Part shown: positions 37,536 through 49,820 of the stretch, one piece after another
Numbering within the stretch: position 1 is the stretch's first letter
Layout: every line of letters starts with the position of its first letter
NCBI RefSeq assembly: GCF_018350175.1
Contig: NC_058368.1
Location: forward strand, 123,506,001-123,570,000
DNA from: Felis catus
Taxonomy: Eukaryota
Length of the DNA stretch: 64,000 nucleotides
Direction: 5' to 3'
Program-made: the position numbers and the translations under genes
The notes under the pieces: model-generated
The model's input: only the letters and a program-made list of their open reading frames with translations
Told to the model about the DNA's origin: nothing
Databases searched by the model: none

Positions 37536-39279
37536 ATATGTATTTCTGATAGTGACAATATGGTGTAGCACTATGGGGACCCTGAGTTTGTCTCATCCAT
37601 GAAACATAGCTAGATTAGCATCAAGCCATTTTGAACACCTGGAAAGTGATCTGAGAATTAATGCAAAAATCTGCCTAATTTGAGCCAGAGAACTTGGCAG
37701 GTATGTGGTGCAGAGAGGTGAACTGGGGGGAGAGAAAAGCCACAGAGCCATGGAGGGTAGGGAGCTGTTTTTGCAGAGACAACAGAAAGAAAAAGGAGGA
37801 AGACTGCAGCACACTGGGATCACGCAAGCAAAGCACTCCCTTTAAGAGTAGCTGGAGAGAAAGAGATAAAGAGTGAAAACACTTGCAGGGGACTGGACAA
37901 GAAATCTGTTCCCCAAAACTATTGATGGGGAGGAAGGAGAGGGTTTCAATACCACCAGGCTTCTATAAACAGTGGAGCACAGAGTCTAAAGTTTCAGAGC
38001 TTAGAGCCTGGCGGCGCTCTGATGAGGAAGTAGGGGGAATCCCCAGGAGCATGCAGCACAGTCTGAGGGGTCCATGTGCCACATAAGGAGAAGCGGTTCC
38101 CCTGTTTGGAGTGCCTGTGGTAGAGGCCATGCAGCTTCCCTCCAGGCCAAAGTCCTGGTGGACCCTGGAGAGCTGCCATGTTTACTGATATTGGAACAAA
38201 GACAGGAATACAGCAAAACCTGGCACTAGCTATGTGTTGTGATTTACCATAAACTCAGAGCCTCTGCTGCTGTGCGATCACATGAACATTTTCTGGGACA
38301 AGACAGCACCAGGCTGTTGTTCAATGAGACCCCCCTCCAGAGAATCAGCATGGGTCCGAGCGGTGGATTTTTGAAACACAGCTCCATCTGAGATAAAACT
38401 CCGGAGGGAGGCACCACCTGGCAATCAGATAGCTTGGACACAGGGTAAAGGCGGGGAGTGGATGGCAGCCTGAGACAAAGGGGTGATTGAGGGCATGAAA
38501 TTCACGCACCAGAGACTAGACAGCTGGGGAAAGCCATTTTCACCATGCACAGATGACCCCAGTGAGCTAAGCAGCACTACCAAGTGGAGAAGGGAGCCAT
38601 TACACCCAGCCCCACCCACCTGCACCCTCCAGGGACATCCCTGAGAAGACCAGAACAAATCCCTTCTACCTGCTTATGGACTGGACTATATAATGTGCTG
38701 CAAGATATCAGTTCTAGGTAAAATGGATGTAACTTCATTCAACTTTCACGGTTTGCTTGTTCATTTTCTTTGCTTCTGTTTTTCCTTCTGTTTTTTTTTC
38801 CTTTCTTTTCTTTCTCTTTCTTGGATACAGAAAGAGCAAATTTTTTTAACTAAAAAATTTTTAATTCTATTTTTGTATTTTATTTTTTTAATTAAAAATT
38901 TTTTTTAAACTTTTTTTCCTTTCTCTTTTCTATCAAGCTTCTCTCAGCAAGTAGACCAAAAACACACCTAGGATCTAGCTTCCTTTATTTTTTTTGTTTT
39001 TTAATATTTAATTTTTAATTTTTAAATTTATTAATTTTTTCTTCCTCCAAAATGATACAATGGAGGATTTTACCGGACAAGAAAAAACAGGAAGAAATGA
39101 CAGCCAGGGATTTAATCAACATAGATATAAGTATGATGTGTGGACTAGAATTTAAAATCACGATTACAAGAATACTAGCTAGGGATGAAAAAAGTATAGA
39201 AGACACCAGAGACTCCCTTTCTACAGAAATAAAAAAACTAAAACCTAGTCAGGCCAAAATTAAAAATGCAATAACCAAT

Positions 39280-39491
39280 GGGGCGCCTGGGTGGCGCAGT
39301 CGGTTAAGCGTCCGACTTCAGCCAGGTCACGATCTCGCGGTCCGTGAGTTCGAGCCCCGCCCGCGTCGGGCTCTGGGCTGATGGCTCAGAGCCTGGAGCC
39401 TGTTTCCGATTCTGTGTCTCCCTCTCTCTCTGCCCCTCCCCCGTTCATGCTCTGTGTCTCTCTGTCCCCAAAAAAATAAATAAAAACGTTG
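39280..39491 (+). mobile_element. Young SINEC_Fc-type SINE inside L1 ORF1
   Basis: 17-bp TSD aaaaatgcaataaccaa (39262-39278 / 39492-39508). Confidence 0.93.
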
Positions 39492-40171
39492 AAAAATGCA
39501 ATAACCAAAATGCAATTGCGAATGGATGCTGTGATGGTGAGGATGGATGAAGTAGAGCACCCAATCGGTGATACAGAAGATAAAATTATGGAAAATCATG
39601 AAGCAGAAAAAAAAGAGGGAAACAAAGTCTAAAGATCATGATACAAGATGTACAGAACTCAGTGATTTATTAAAGAGTAACACTGTATCATAGGAGTGCC
39701 AGAAAATGAAGAGAGACAAAAAGGGGCAGGAGGTTTACGTAAGCAAATTATAGCTGAAAACTTTCCTAGTCTGGGAAAGGTCACAGATATCAAAATCCAA
39801 GAGGCAAAGAGAACTCCCATTAGATTCAACAAAGCTGACCATCACCATTCCATATCAGTCAAATTCACAAAATACAGAGATATGGAAAAAAATCATGAAT
39901 GCAGCAAGGGGAAAAAAACTCCTCAACCTACAAGGGAAGACAGATCAGGTTTGTAGCAGATCTGTCCACAGAAACTTAGCAGGCCAGAAAGAAGTGACAG
40001 GATATATTCAAAATGCAGAATCGCAAAAATGTCCAGACAAGAATTGTTTATAACAGCAATGCTGTCATTCAAAATAGAAGGAGAGATAAAGAGTTTCCCA
40101 AACAACAACTAAAGGATTTTGTGACTACTGAGCCAGCCCTACAAGAAAATTTAAGGGGGGGGGGGGGGGCT

Positions 40172-40392
40172 CTTTTTTTTCTTTACATTTTTAAAAATGT
40201 TTATTTTTGAGAAAGAAAGAGAGATCATGAGCGGGGAAGGAGCAGAGAGAGAGGGAGACAAAATCTGAAGCAGGCAGGCTCCAGGCTTTGAGATGTCAGC
40301 AGAGCCCAACATGGGGCTCAAATTTGTGAACCATGAGATCATGACCTTAGCTGAAGTCAGACGCTAAACCGACAGAGCCACCCAGGCGCCCC
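40172..40392 (-). mobile_element. Can-SINE inside L1
   Basis: Flanked by taa(g)n..ctcttt duplication. Confidence 0.9.
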
Positions 40393-40899
40393 TAAGGGGG
40401 GGGACTCTTTGGAGAAGAAACAAAACAAAAACACACCAAAAGACTAGAAAGGACTAGAGAATATCATTAGAAATGCCAGTTCTACAGGCAACACAAGGGC
40501 ACTAAATTTTTGTCTTTCAATAATCACTGTAAATGTAAATGGACTAAATTCTCCAATCAAAAGACAAAGGGTATCAGAATAAGAAAACAAGACTCATCTA
40601 TATGCTGCCTATAAGAGACTCATTTTAGACTTAAAGACACCTGCAGACTGAAAGTAAGGGGATGGAGAACTGTCTATCATGCTAATGGATGTCAGAAGAA
40701 AACTGGAGTAACCATACTTATATCAGGCAATCAAATTTTAAAGGCTGTAACAAGAGATACATTCATATTATTAAATATATATACATATAAATATGTATAT
40801 TCAATGTCAACCGTGATTTTTTTTTCTGGGATATGAGATTATAGGTTTTTATTTTCATTTTTGTATCTTGCTATATTTGTAATATTTTCTTTTAAAGTT

Positions 40900-42064
40900 T
40901 ATTTGTTTTATTTTTTTTAAAGTTTACCTTTATTTTTTTTAATTTATTTTTTTATTTTTTTATTTTATTTTTTTTTGAGACAGAGAGAGACAGAACATGA
41001 ATGGGAGAGGGGCCGAGAGAGAGGGAGACACAGAATCAGAAGCAGTCTCCAGGCTCTGAGCCATCAGCCTAGAGCCCGACGCGGGGCTTGAACTCACGGA
41101 CCACGAGATCATGACCTGAGCTGAAGTCAGACACTTAACCAACTGAGCCACCCAGGCGCCCCTTAAGTTTTTTTATTTTAGAGGGAGTGCATATGTATGA
41201 GAGCATGAGCTGGGGAGGGGCAGAATGAAGGGGGGAAGAGAGAATTCCAGGCAGGCTCCACACTGTCTGTTCAGAGCCCGATGCAAGACTCAAACTCACG
41301 AACCATGAGATCATGACCTGAGACAAAGTCGGACATTTGAATGAGCCATCCAGGCGCCCCTATTTGTACCATTTTCTAAGCAAAAGGAGGAAAATGACCA
41401 AACAATCTATATGTAGTCTATTAATTAAAAATCAATGAATGACTGAACTTTAATACTGCCTTCTGAATTTAGTGAATTAACAGACATTTATAAAAACTTT
41501 ACATCAGGGAAAATTTTTTAAATAGTTCTTGTATAATAGAAATGCTATGTATCTTACTTCTTGACAAAATCATGTACAAAGCAAATCAGTTTACATGTGG
41601 TAGGCTACTGCACCATTTAAAATAATTCTAATGGGAGGGGCACATGGGTAGCTCATTCGGTTAAGTGTGTGACTCTTCATCTCAGCTCAGGTCATAGTTT
41701 CACAGTTCCCGGTATCGAGCCCTGAGTTGGGCTTTGCTGCTAAGAGCAAGGAGCCTACTTGGGGTTCTCCTTCTCCTGCTATCTGCCCTCCCTTGCTTAC
41801 AGGCTCTCTCTCTTTCTCTCTCTCTCTCAAAAAAAATAAATAATAATTCTAAGGGGAAATTTTCAATTTAAAGATTCAATTTAAGTGTGCATTAAAATCT
41901 GATCCAAGGACATACAACTCTTGATTTCTGCTCAGGTCATAATCTCACCATTTGTAAGTTCAAGCCCCGCATTGGGTTCTGCACCGACAAGGTGGGACCT
42001 GCTTGAGATTCTCTGTCTCCCTTTCTCTCTGCTCCTCTCTTTCAAAAATAAACATTAAAAAAAA
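40900..42064. mobile_element. Four Can-SINEs (two minus, 40900-41360; two plus, 41637-42064)
   Basis: Heads and tails visible. Confidence 0.85.
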
Positions 42065-42339
42065 TCTGATTCAAGGAGGGATATATCTATAGAGTAAATG
42101 ATGAAGATTTCTTGGTTTTTTTTAGTACGAATTAAGGAAAATCCTTTAACAACCAAATGTAGTTAAGAGGCAGTATACACACCACAGACTGCATCCAGAT
42201 GGCCTCAGTTTGAACCTCCGAGTTGCAGAACTTACTGGGTGTGTGAACTTACACATAGTATTTTAACCTCGTGCCTCAGAGCAACTGTCAAAGGAGATAA
42301 TAGTATCTACTTCACTGGATTTCAGGAAAGGTTAAATGA

Positions 42340-42343
<4 letters not shown>

Positions 42344-42416
<73 letters not shown>

Positions 42417-42420
42417 TACA
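42344..42420. repeat. (TA)n(CA)n microsatellite within a MIR remnant
   Basis: Directly visible. Confidence 0.95.
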
Positions 42421-42620
42421 TACAGCCAGAAGCATATAGCAAATGCCATATGGTATTAAAACAGTTAACATGAGACATATTTGTTAGAGAAAATTAAATA
42501 ATTATATACACAGGGGCATTTAATAAGCATGAAGAAAATGTTAGGTAGTATTAGAAACAGCATCCTTTTAACGTGAAACTGTTTAGAATTTATCTGAACA
42601 TGACTACAGAATATACTCAC

Positions 42621-42764
42621 CTCGTCTACAATAACATGAGACACATTGGTTAGGAGACCATCTTCCTGAAGTTTCCTTAGCAAAACTCCTGTTGTACAAT
42701 AGAGTAACCTTGTAGATTCACTAGCTCGAGATTCCATCCGGATCTGATATCCACACAAAGAATT
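42621..42764 (-). CDS. DHX29: DHX29 exon 12
   Basis: [48 protein letters not shown]|gtgagt; first half of DEVH motif II; 144 nt. Confidence 0.96.
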
Positions 42765-42911
42765 CTATAGGGAGAACATAAGATTGAGATAAGATTCTCA
42801 TAAGTGATCTGGGAAACAAGAGCTAAGAAATGAAGCACAGGTGCTGATCCTGCTACTAAGTAGGGCAGTTTAAGGAAATCTAGTTAGTGAAATTAAAAAA
42901 AAAATTTTTAA

Positions 42912-44206
42912 CGTTTTTTTATTTATTTTTGAGAGAGAGAGAGACAGAATGTGAGCGGGGGAGGGGCAGAGAGACAGGGAGACACAGAGTCCAAAGCAGG
43001 CTCCAGGCTCTGAACTTTCAGCACAGAGCCCGATGCGGGGCTCGAACTCACAAACAGTGTGATCGACCTGAGCCAAAGTCGGATGCTTAACCGACTGAGC
43101 CACCCAGGTGTCCCAAATTAACTAAAATTATTGTCCCAATATCTTCAATTGTATAAAACTATAAAATTTGTTCTGCTAACTTAAAAAAAAATTTTTTTTA
43201 ATGTTTATTTATTTTTGAGAGACAGAGCGTGAGCAGGAAAGGGGCAGAGAGAGAGGGAGACACACAGAGTCCGAAGCAGGCTCCAGGCTCTAAGCTGTCA
43301 GCACAGAGCCTGACACAGGGCTCGAACTCATGAACTGTGAAATCATGACCCAAGCTGAAGTTAGATGCCCAACCAACCGAGCCACTCAGGTGCCTCTGGT
43401 TTGCTAACTTTAAACAAGAAAAACTTTTGATCTCTTCAAAGTGTTGAGACAAAAGCTGTTCACTCCAGGTACCATCAAAGATTGATTATTGTATTCTAAT
43501 TAAATTATCTTGCAACAAAATATTGAGGTACTCAGGACAAAAATTTAGAGCAGTTCCTACAATTTGGTCTACTTTTCTGTCAAGATTTCATAAAAGCTGC
43601 CACTGTTAAAGAGCAACTGGTCTCATACCAGTGGTGCCTCATGGGAATCTTGAGGTGACTTCTATTCTCATCACATTTTTTATTTCTTCAGTTATTTTTA
43701 AAATAATTTTTTGTATGTATGTATGTAATGTCTGCACCCCATGTGGGGCTTGAACTCACAACCCTGAGATCAAGAGTCACAAGCTCTACCAAGTGAGCCA
43801 GCCAGGCTCCCTTCTAAGGTCATTCTTTTATTTGCCATGTATGTACATGTCTGTTATTCTCTTAACATAAGTTCCTTATAAGATAGAAATTATGTCTTTT
43901 TTTCTTCTTACATTCCATGAGAGAAATCCATACCGTGTTTCACAAAAATTTTTAGTGAAGGGTTACCTATCTTAAAGACAGAGGCAAAAATGTTAGGGGC
44001 GCCTGGGTGGCTCACTTGGTTAAGCGTCTGACTCCAGCTCAGGTCATGATTTCATGATTTGTGAGTTCAAGCCCCATGTCGGGCTCTGTGCTTACAGCTC
44101 AGAGCCTGGAGCCTGGTTCAGATTCTTAGTCTCCCTCTCTCTATGCCCCTCCTCACTCATACTCTGTCTCTCTCTCCAAAAATAAATTAAAAAACATTTA
44201 AAAAAA
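42912..44206. mobile_element. Can-SINE cluster in DHX29 intron 11 (minus 42912-43114, 43192-43395, 43700-43811; plus 43996-44206)
   Basis: Heads and tails visible. Confidence 0.87.
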
Positions 44207-44444
44207 TGTTAAATACCATCTCTAGAAAGAACAATTCAAAGTGTAATTAAGCTGAGTTGTATCAACCTGGAATTCATATTTGGTTCTAAACAATTTTATT
44301 AATTTCTGTATTTTGCAGTTATTCTGCTACTGAATAGCCAGCAGCAGTGTCAAAACTCATACACTGTACAGGTTTCATTTGGATCCCAAGAGCACAGATG
44401 AGTAATGTCACCACTCACTGAGATGGAGTTGAACGACATCTTAC

Positions 44445-45050
44445 CCTTCCTCCAGGTCCATTTTCACAGCCCAACTCATCACATACTCTTGTAGCTAAAC
44501 TCACTGCTGAGATTCTTCGGGGCTGGGTGCAGACAATGTTACACTTACTAGCTCCCCACTCATTTAGAAGCAAATCTTCCAAGAGGAAATGTGGTACTTG
44601 AGTACTTTTGCCACTCCCCGTTTCACCTGCCACAACCACTACCCGGTGCCTTTTAAGAGTTTCAACAATTGAATTCCTATGCTTGAACACTGGTAACTGC
44701 TGCCTTTCCTTTAGAAGTCTCTGGTACTTAGGTGTGCTTTGCAACTTCCTAAAGAGGGCTCTAACAGGTTCCAAATCTTCTGCCTTTTCTGATTCCAAGG
44801 ACAGTGCAGAAAAATCCTCATCAGAAACTAAATTTTCCCAAGATTCCTCAGGATCTTCAGAGTTTTCTCTCTTATTTTCAGAATGTTGTTGCTGCTGCTG
44901 CTGCTGTTTCAATTTGTTCAGAAGTTTGGCAATAAAAAGATCACGTGGCTTATTGGTTTCCATTTTATTTAATTCTTCCTTTTTCTTTTCTGCATCACTC
45001 CACTCCAACCAAACATCTCGGTAAGTGGGAGGAAGTAACTGGTGCACAGA
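44445..45050 (-). CDS. DHX29: DHX29 exon 11 (polyQ, helicase motifs I and Ia)
   Basis: SVHQLLPPTYRDVWLEW...GETGSGKSTQ (Walker A)...TQPRRISAVSLA...GPGGR|gtaaga; 606 nt. Confidence 0.97.
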
Positions 45051-45854
45051 CTATAAAGGACCAAAAAAAAAACAAAAAAACACCAGTATGTTATTTTCAC
45101 TAATTACTTAATATTAAAATTCAATAGGCTGGAACTTAGAAGGATAGCTATTTTCCTCTTAAAATGTAATTTGTCTCTTAGTTACTATTTTAATATAAGA
45201 TACACATGCATAGGATGCAAATTTATAAACAGCATATCATATTCAGGCTTCTAAACTTACTGTGTGACCTTCAACAAATAACCTCTCTGTGTCTCAGATT
45301 CTACGTTGGTAAAATGGGCCTAATATCTCCCTTACAGACACACTCTAAAGTAAACTTTTAATACATGAAAAGTGCTCATTCCTGGAGCAAACTACTGAGT
45401 ATATTTTTATTATTTATTCCTGCAGTGGTACTATGTAAATATGTAGGCGATCCATAAAGCATTTCTGAAAGAAAATTCCCTCTGAGATGCTGGCAGGTAA
45501 ATGATATTACAGGTCAAAGTATTTAAAATAAACTACAGTGAAGTGAATCTAAGTTGTCCTAATTCTGTGTCATAAAAGAGCCCACAATTATCTCTATAAC
45601 ACTGAGAGTTACTTCTATCAATTAAGCTTAGCTTATGATCCCTTTTTGCAAAATAGGTGAAATAAAGACATTACAAATTTTTACTGGCAGAAGCTGGAAA
45701 AGAACTATCGTTTGGAGTTCCACTTCATCAGGGTCTAAAATTTCCAGTGGTTCTAATTTCCCATGAAGAACATGTATTTATTGCAAAAAAGAAATGTTGA
45801 CAATGCAACAATCTAGGAAAAAAAAAAAGCTTCCTTCAGAAGTACTTCAATCTT

Positions 45855-46077
45855 GGGGCGCCTGGGTGGCGCAGTCGGTTAAGCGTCCGACTTCAGCCAG
45901 GTCACGATCTCGCAGTCCGTGAGTTCGAGCCCCGCGTCAGGCTCTGGGCTGATGGCTCAGAGCCTGGAGCCTGTTTCCGATTCTGTGTCTCCCTCTCTCT
46001 CTCTGCCCCACCCCCGTTCATGCTCTGTCTCTCTCTGTCCCAAAAATAAAAAATAAACGTTGAAAAAAAAAAAAAAA
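45855..46077 (+). mobile_element. Young SINEC_Fc-type SINE
   Basis: Pure A tail; perfect 17-bp TSD agaagtacttcaatctt (45838-45854 / 46078-46094). Confidence 0.93.
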
Positions 46078-46553
46078 AGAAGTACTTCAATCTTTCTTTA
46101 ACCTGAAAGCTTATAGTTCATATATTCTAAAACTGAAAACTGGAACTAAGTTCTATAACTTTTCAAAAGAGAGAAAAAAATGTAACATTCAAGAGAGACA
46201 TAACATTTAAATAAGCATTAAACTGTTTAAAAATTCTCCTTACTTCAACCAACCTAGAACCACTATTTTTAATCCATAAAATAGCACAGCCTGAAAAACT
46301 AGACCAGTGAAATGGTTCAGAGCCTCTGGTCTAAGGACAGAAAGACGAAGGTATGTTTAGGGGCAAGACGCAGTCAAAATCATAAGTAAGCATTTAACGA
46401 GGATTAATCTGAAGAAGTGCAAAGTAAAAACTGGCACCGAAGGCCATCGTTAAATACTACATTCCATATGCTCATAGTTTTATGTTGGCAAAGTACAGTA
46501 CATGCACTACTCCACGAATGACTTTTGAAACACATCAATTTAAAAAGTCTCAC

Positions 46554-46677
46554 CTGCCCTTTCACTAAACGGTACAGAGCTAGAGTTGCTCCCAGGTGCT
46601 GAGCTTGCATACCATCTTCTGTTAAGATTGTAGGGCATACTACCAGTACGTCATCTTCAGACTTGATTACTCTTACC
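46554..46677 (-). CDS. DHX29: DHX29 exon 10
   Basis: (R)VRVIKSEDDVLVVCPTILTEDGMQAQHLGATLALYRLVKGQ|gtgaga; 124 nt. Confidence 0.94.
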
Positions 46678-46934
46678 CTACAAGGAAGCCAAAGATTTTT
46701 AAAATAAAATTAATGAAGTAAAAACAAGTCAGAATTCCATTCACACTGAGCCTAAGTTTACATTTATTAATTAAATATTTCTAATGAAGACACTGTACTA
46801 GATAACGTATCAGCACTATCGACCTGAGATGTGAAATAAGAGAGCTTCCTAAATATGTCTACTTAACATGTAAGAAACATATTTTTCATCTTAGATTTTT
46901 CTAAAAGTTCATTCAATTAACCAAAAAAACATAC

Positions 46935-47100
46935 CTACATTTCCAGTATCTACCTACTGGAACTTTTTCAAAGGAAGGATTTGGACTCTTGGGAAGATTC
47001 TTCCTGACCCAATCGATCAGAAATTGTTTGGGAGATTTTCCAGTCCAGCTTCGAGCTGTATAGTCAAAATTTCTTACATCATGAGGTTCTTTCTTTTTCT
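46935..47100 (-). CDS. DHX29: DHX29 exon 9
   Basis: KKKEPHDVRNFDYTARSWTGKSPKQFLIDWVRKNLPKSPNPSFEKVPVGRYWKC|gtatgt; 166 nt. Confidence 0.95.
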
Positions 47101-47669
47101 CTAAAATGATAGACAAAGATTGTTTTTTTAAAAATTGTCATGTGGTAATGTGTAGTCTCTTTTGAGTGATCAAAGTCCTCTCAATTTTGGGAAAAGACCT
47201 TTAGAAGAGAATAGGTTAAAAAAAAAAGTTTGCTCTTCTGAGTGATGTAAGGAAATTCTCTTAATGGATAAAACCACTGAATATCTGAATCTTTAAAAAA
47301 AAGTATCCTGAGTAACTCATCCATTCTTATAAAATATCTATGATAACTAACCATGTGATGAATTGTTCAGGGTACTCTGATTTGGGAGGCTACCACACAG
47401 GAAGGGTAATCTTTTGAAAAAAATATAGATCAGATGTCACTTCTCTGCTTAACAGCTGCTGCTGCCACCGCCACCTTCATTGGTTTCACATTACGTATAA
47501 AATAAAGTCCAAATTCTTCACCACTGCCTAAAACCTTTTCATGGTCCATCTCTGCTTATCATGCCACACAGGCAGGCAGTCACTTCCTCAAATGCTCTAA
47601 GCCTGCTTGGCCCAGTACAGAACAAATCTAAATTAATTACACACATGAACAAATCTAAATTAATTACAA

Positions 47670-47800
47670 TTAAACTTTCAGTTTCTCAGTTGCATTAATC
47701 ACATTTCAAGTGCCCATTACTCCTATTTGGCTAGTAGCTATCACACTGGATAGCCCAGATACATAACATTCCTATCATAGAGTGTTCTGTTGAATAGTCT
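47670..47800. mobile_element. MER3/MER33-like hAT fragment within L2 remnant
   Basis: 'cagttgcattaatcacatttcaagtgcccattactcctatttggctagtagcta'. Confidence 0.65.
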
Positions 47801-48776
47801 GCTCTACATCTTCTCTACCTTAGACTTCCAATGTACTGTCTCCCTCCTTCTAAGGTGGCTCTTCCCACCAAGGTATCACTGGGCTGACACCTAATCACCT
47901 ATCAGATCTCAGAGCAAATCAACAGCCCCATTATTATCTCTAATATTAAACACCAGTATTCTTGCTCTGATAGCATACATCACAATTTATAATTAAATAT
48001 TTGTGTATATGTAATGCTTATCTGCCCTACAAGACCATACACTTGAAGAGGGCAAGGACTAAGTTATTTTGTTAATTGCCGTACATACAGCAACTGACAT
48101 TATCAACAATAAAAATTCAATAAATATTTATCAAAGAATATATAATTAAAAAACTGACAATTTAGCACAGGACTTGACTATAGTACAGATAAATATCATA
48201 CAAGCTATATCAATAATTTACTTAGCACAAATAAATGCACCATTACACACATCCAGTGGCAAGGCAGTACTCATGGCAGAGTCCTCTTAGGGCTGTTTGA
48301 GTTAACCTTGAAGCGAGGATAAGGTTGGCCAAGTAGGGGATAACAGAATGAGCAAAATCATGGAGCCATGAAATAACACATGTTCTAGAGAATGTTGAGG
48401 CTACAGTACTTAGCTGTGAGAAGAAAGTGGGAAGGCAGATTGTGGTAGAATGCAAAGGCTCTTCAATGCCGTGGTAAGTATGGACTTACTACTGATTGAG
48501 GGTTTTTAACAGGGAAATCACATTTAGATAGGTTATGGAAAATAATTCTGGCAGGAATTTGGAGGATGGACTGGAAAGAGATGAGACTGAAACAAGATAC
48601 TTAAAATTACAAAATGCTACAAAAGTTATAATTATTATTTTTCCAAGACAGCATGTGGAAGCGTAACTTTACTGCCAACTTATGTAGTTTGCTAGAATGC
48701 AAACTAACAATTTCTCAGTTGTATTTTCACTGACATTTTACTACTTTCACCTCGAAACCCTTTCCCTTTGTTTTAC

Positions 48777-48935
48777 CTTTCTCTTCTTCAGTAGCAGCTA
48801 CAGATTTTTCAAATAAGTTAAAGTTCAAAGCCCTTTCTTCTTCTGTGGCTACAAGAGGCTTTTTCCTTTCATTTTGTTGATGTGAAATCTTTATGGCTGG
48901 ATTGAATACTGGATGGTCTTCTAAAGTTTCCATTT
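48777..48935 (-). CDS. DHX29: DHX29 exon 8
   Basis: (E)METLEDHPVFNPAIKISHQQNERKKP...AATEEEK|gtaaaa; 159 nt. Confidence 0.92.
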
Positions 48936-49268
48936 CTACCAAGAAAAAAAAATTGTGCTTTGTTGTATTTGTTTTTTATGTCTCTTTACTTTGCAGAGAC
49001 AGTTAAAAAACAAACAAACCGCAAAACAACAACAAAAACAGAACAGCATTCTTTCTTTTTCCTTGCAGCCAGTTATTCAACACTTTCTACTTAGAATTTA
49101 TGCTAGAAGTCAGAGGCAATTTATTTTCACATCATATACTAAAATGTTTTAAATGAATTATTTAACAGATGTAGAAGGTCTGGAAAAACATACTCATTAG
49201 ACATGAATGCTCATGGAAGTGTACCTGACTCTCCTTTTTGAATGAGGATGGTATTTTATGGTATATTT

Positions 49269-49590
49269 CAGAGGCTGACAAACTATGGCCAATGGGTCGC
49301 ATCCAGCCCTGCTGCCTGTTTCTGTATAGCCTATAAGCTAAAAAAGATTTTGGTATTTTTAACTGGTTGAAAAATATACGAAGTATTTGGTGACATGTGA
49401 AAATTTATATGAAATTCCTATTTCAGTATCCATAAAGTTTTATGAGAACATAGCCATTTACTTACATACTACCAGTGGCTGCTTCTATGCTGTGACAGGA
49501 GAGTTCAGTAGTTGTGAGAGCATCTATATGGCCCACACAACCTACAATATTTATTATTTGCCTTGTTACAGAAAGCCTACCAATCCCAGG
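49269..49590. mobile_element. MER58-like hAT element
   Basis: 'caaactatggcc...gctgcctgtttctgta...ataaagttttatgagaacatagcca...gagttcagtagttgtgagag'. Confidence 0.78.
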
Positions 49591-49693
49591 TATAAACCGT
49601 TAGGAAAGAGTAGACAAAAAGAGGCAACCTCCATGCCAGGAGAGCCAAAAAAAGAAGAGACATTTATATACCTAAGAATTTTTAAGTGTTTAC

Positions 49694-49820
49694 CTCTTTG
49701 AAATTTCCTTATTTTTTCTTGAGCCTCTTTTTGGCCTTGCTTGTTTTTTTCTAGTTTAAAGGTAGCTGCCTGCTCCTTTGCATCCAGAAGTTTTGCTGCA
49801 AGGTGCAAGTACCTTTCATT
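49694..49820 (-). CDS. DHX29: DHX29 exon 7
   Basis: NERYLHLAAKLLDAKEQAATFKLEKNKQGQKEAQEKIRKFQR|gtaaac; 127 nt. Confidence 0.94.

Larger units (their letters stand above)
37555..40760 (+). mobile_element. Carnivore L1 5' portion: 5'UTR, decayed ORF1, start of ORF2 endonuclease
   Basis: ORF1-like from 39052 (KQIIAENFPSLGK..DIKIQEAKRTP); ORF2 start 'tcaataatcactgtaaatgtaaatggactaaattctccaatcaaaag' (SIIT.NVNGLNSPIKR); interrupted by two SINEs. Confidence 0.88.

Noticed and set aside
39052..40760. Active L1 or domesticated ORF1
   Set aside because: ORF1 is broken by two SINEs, stops and frameshifts; ORF2 ends early in the endonuclease domain.
44608..45024. 138-aa plus-strand ORF with poly-Cys
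   Set aside because: It is the antisense shadow of DHX29 exon 11; the Cys run mirrors the CAG tract.
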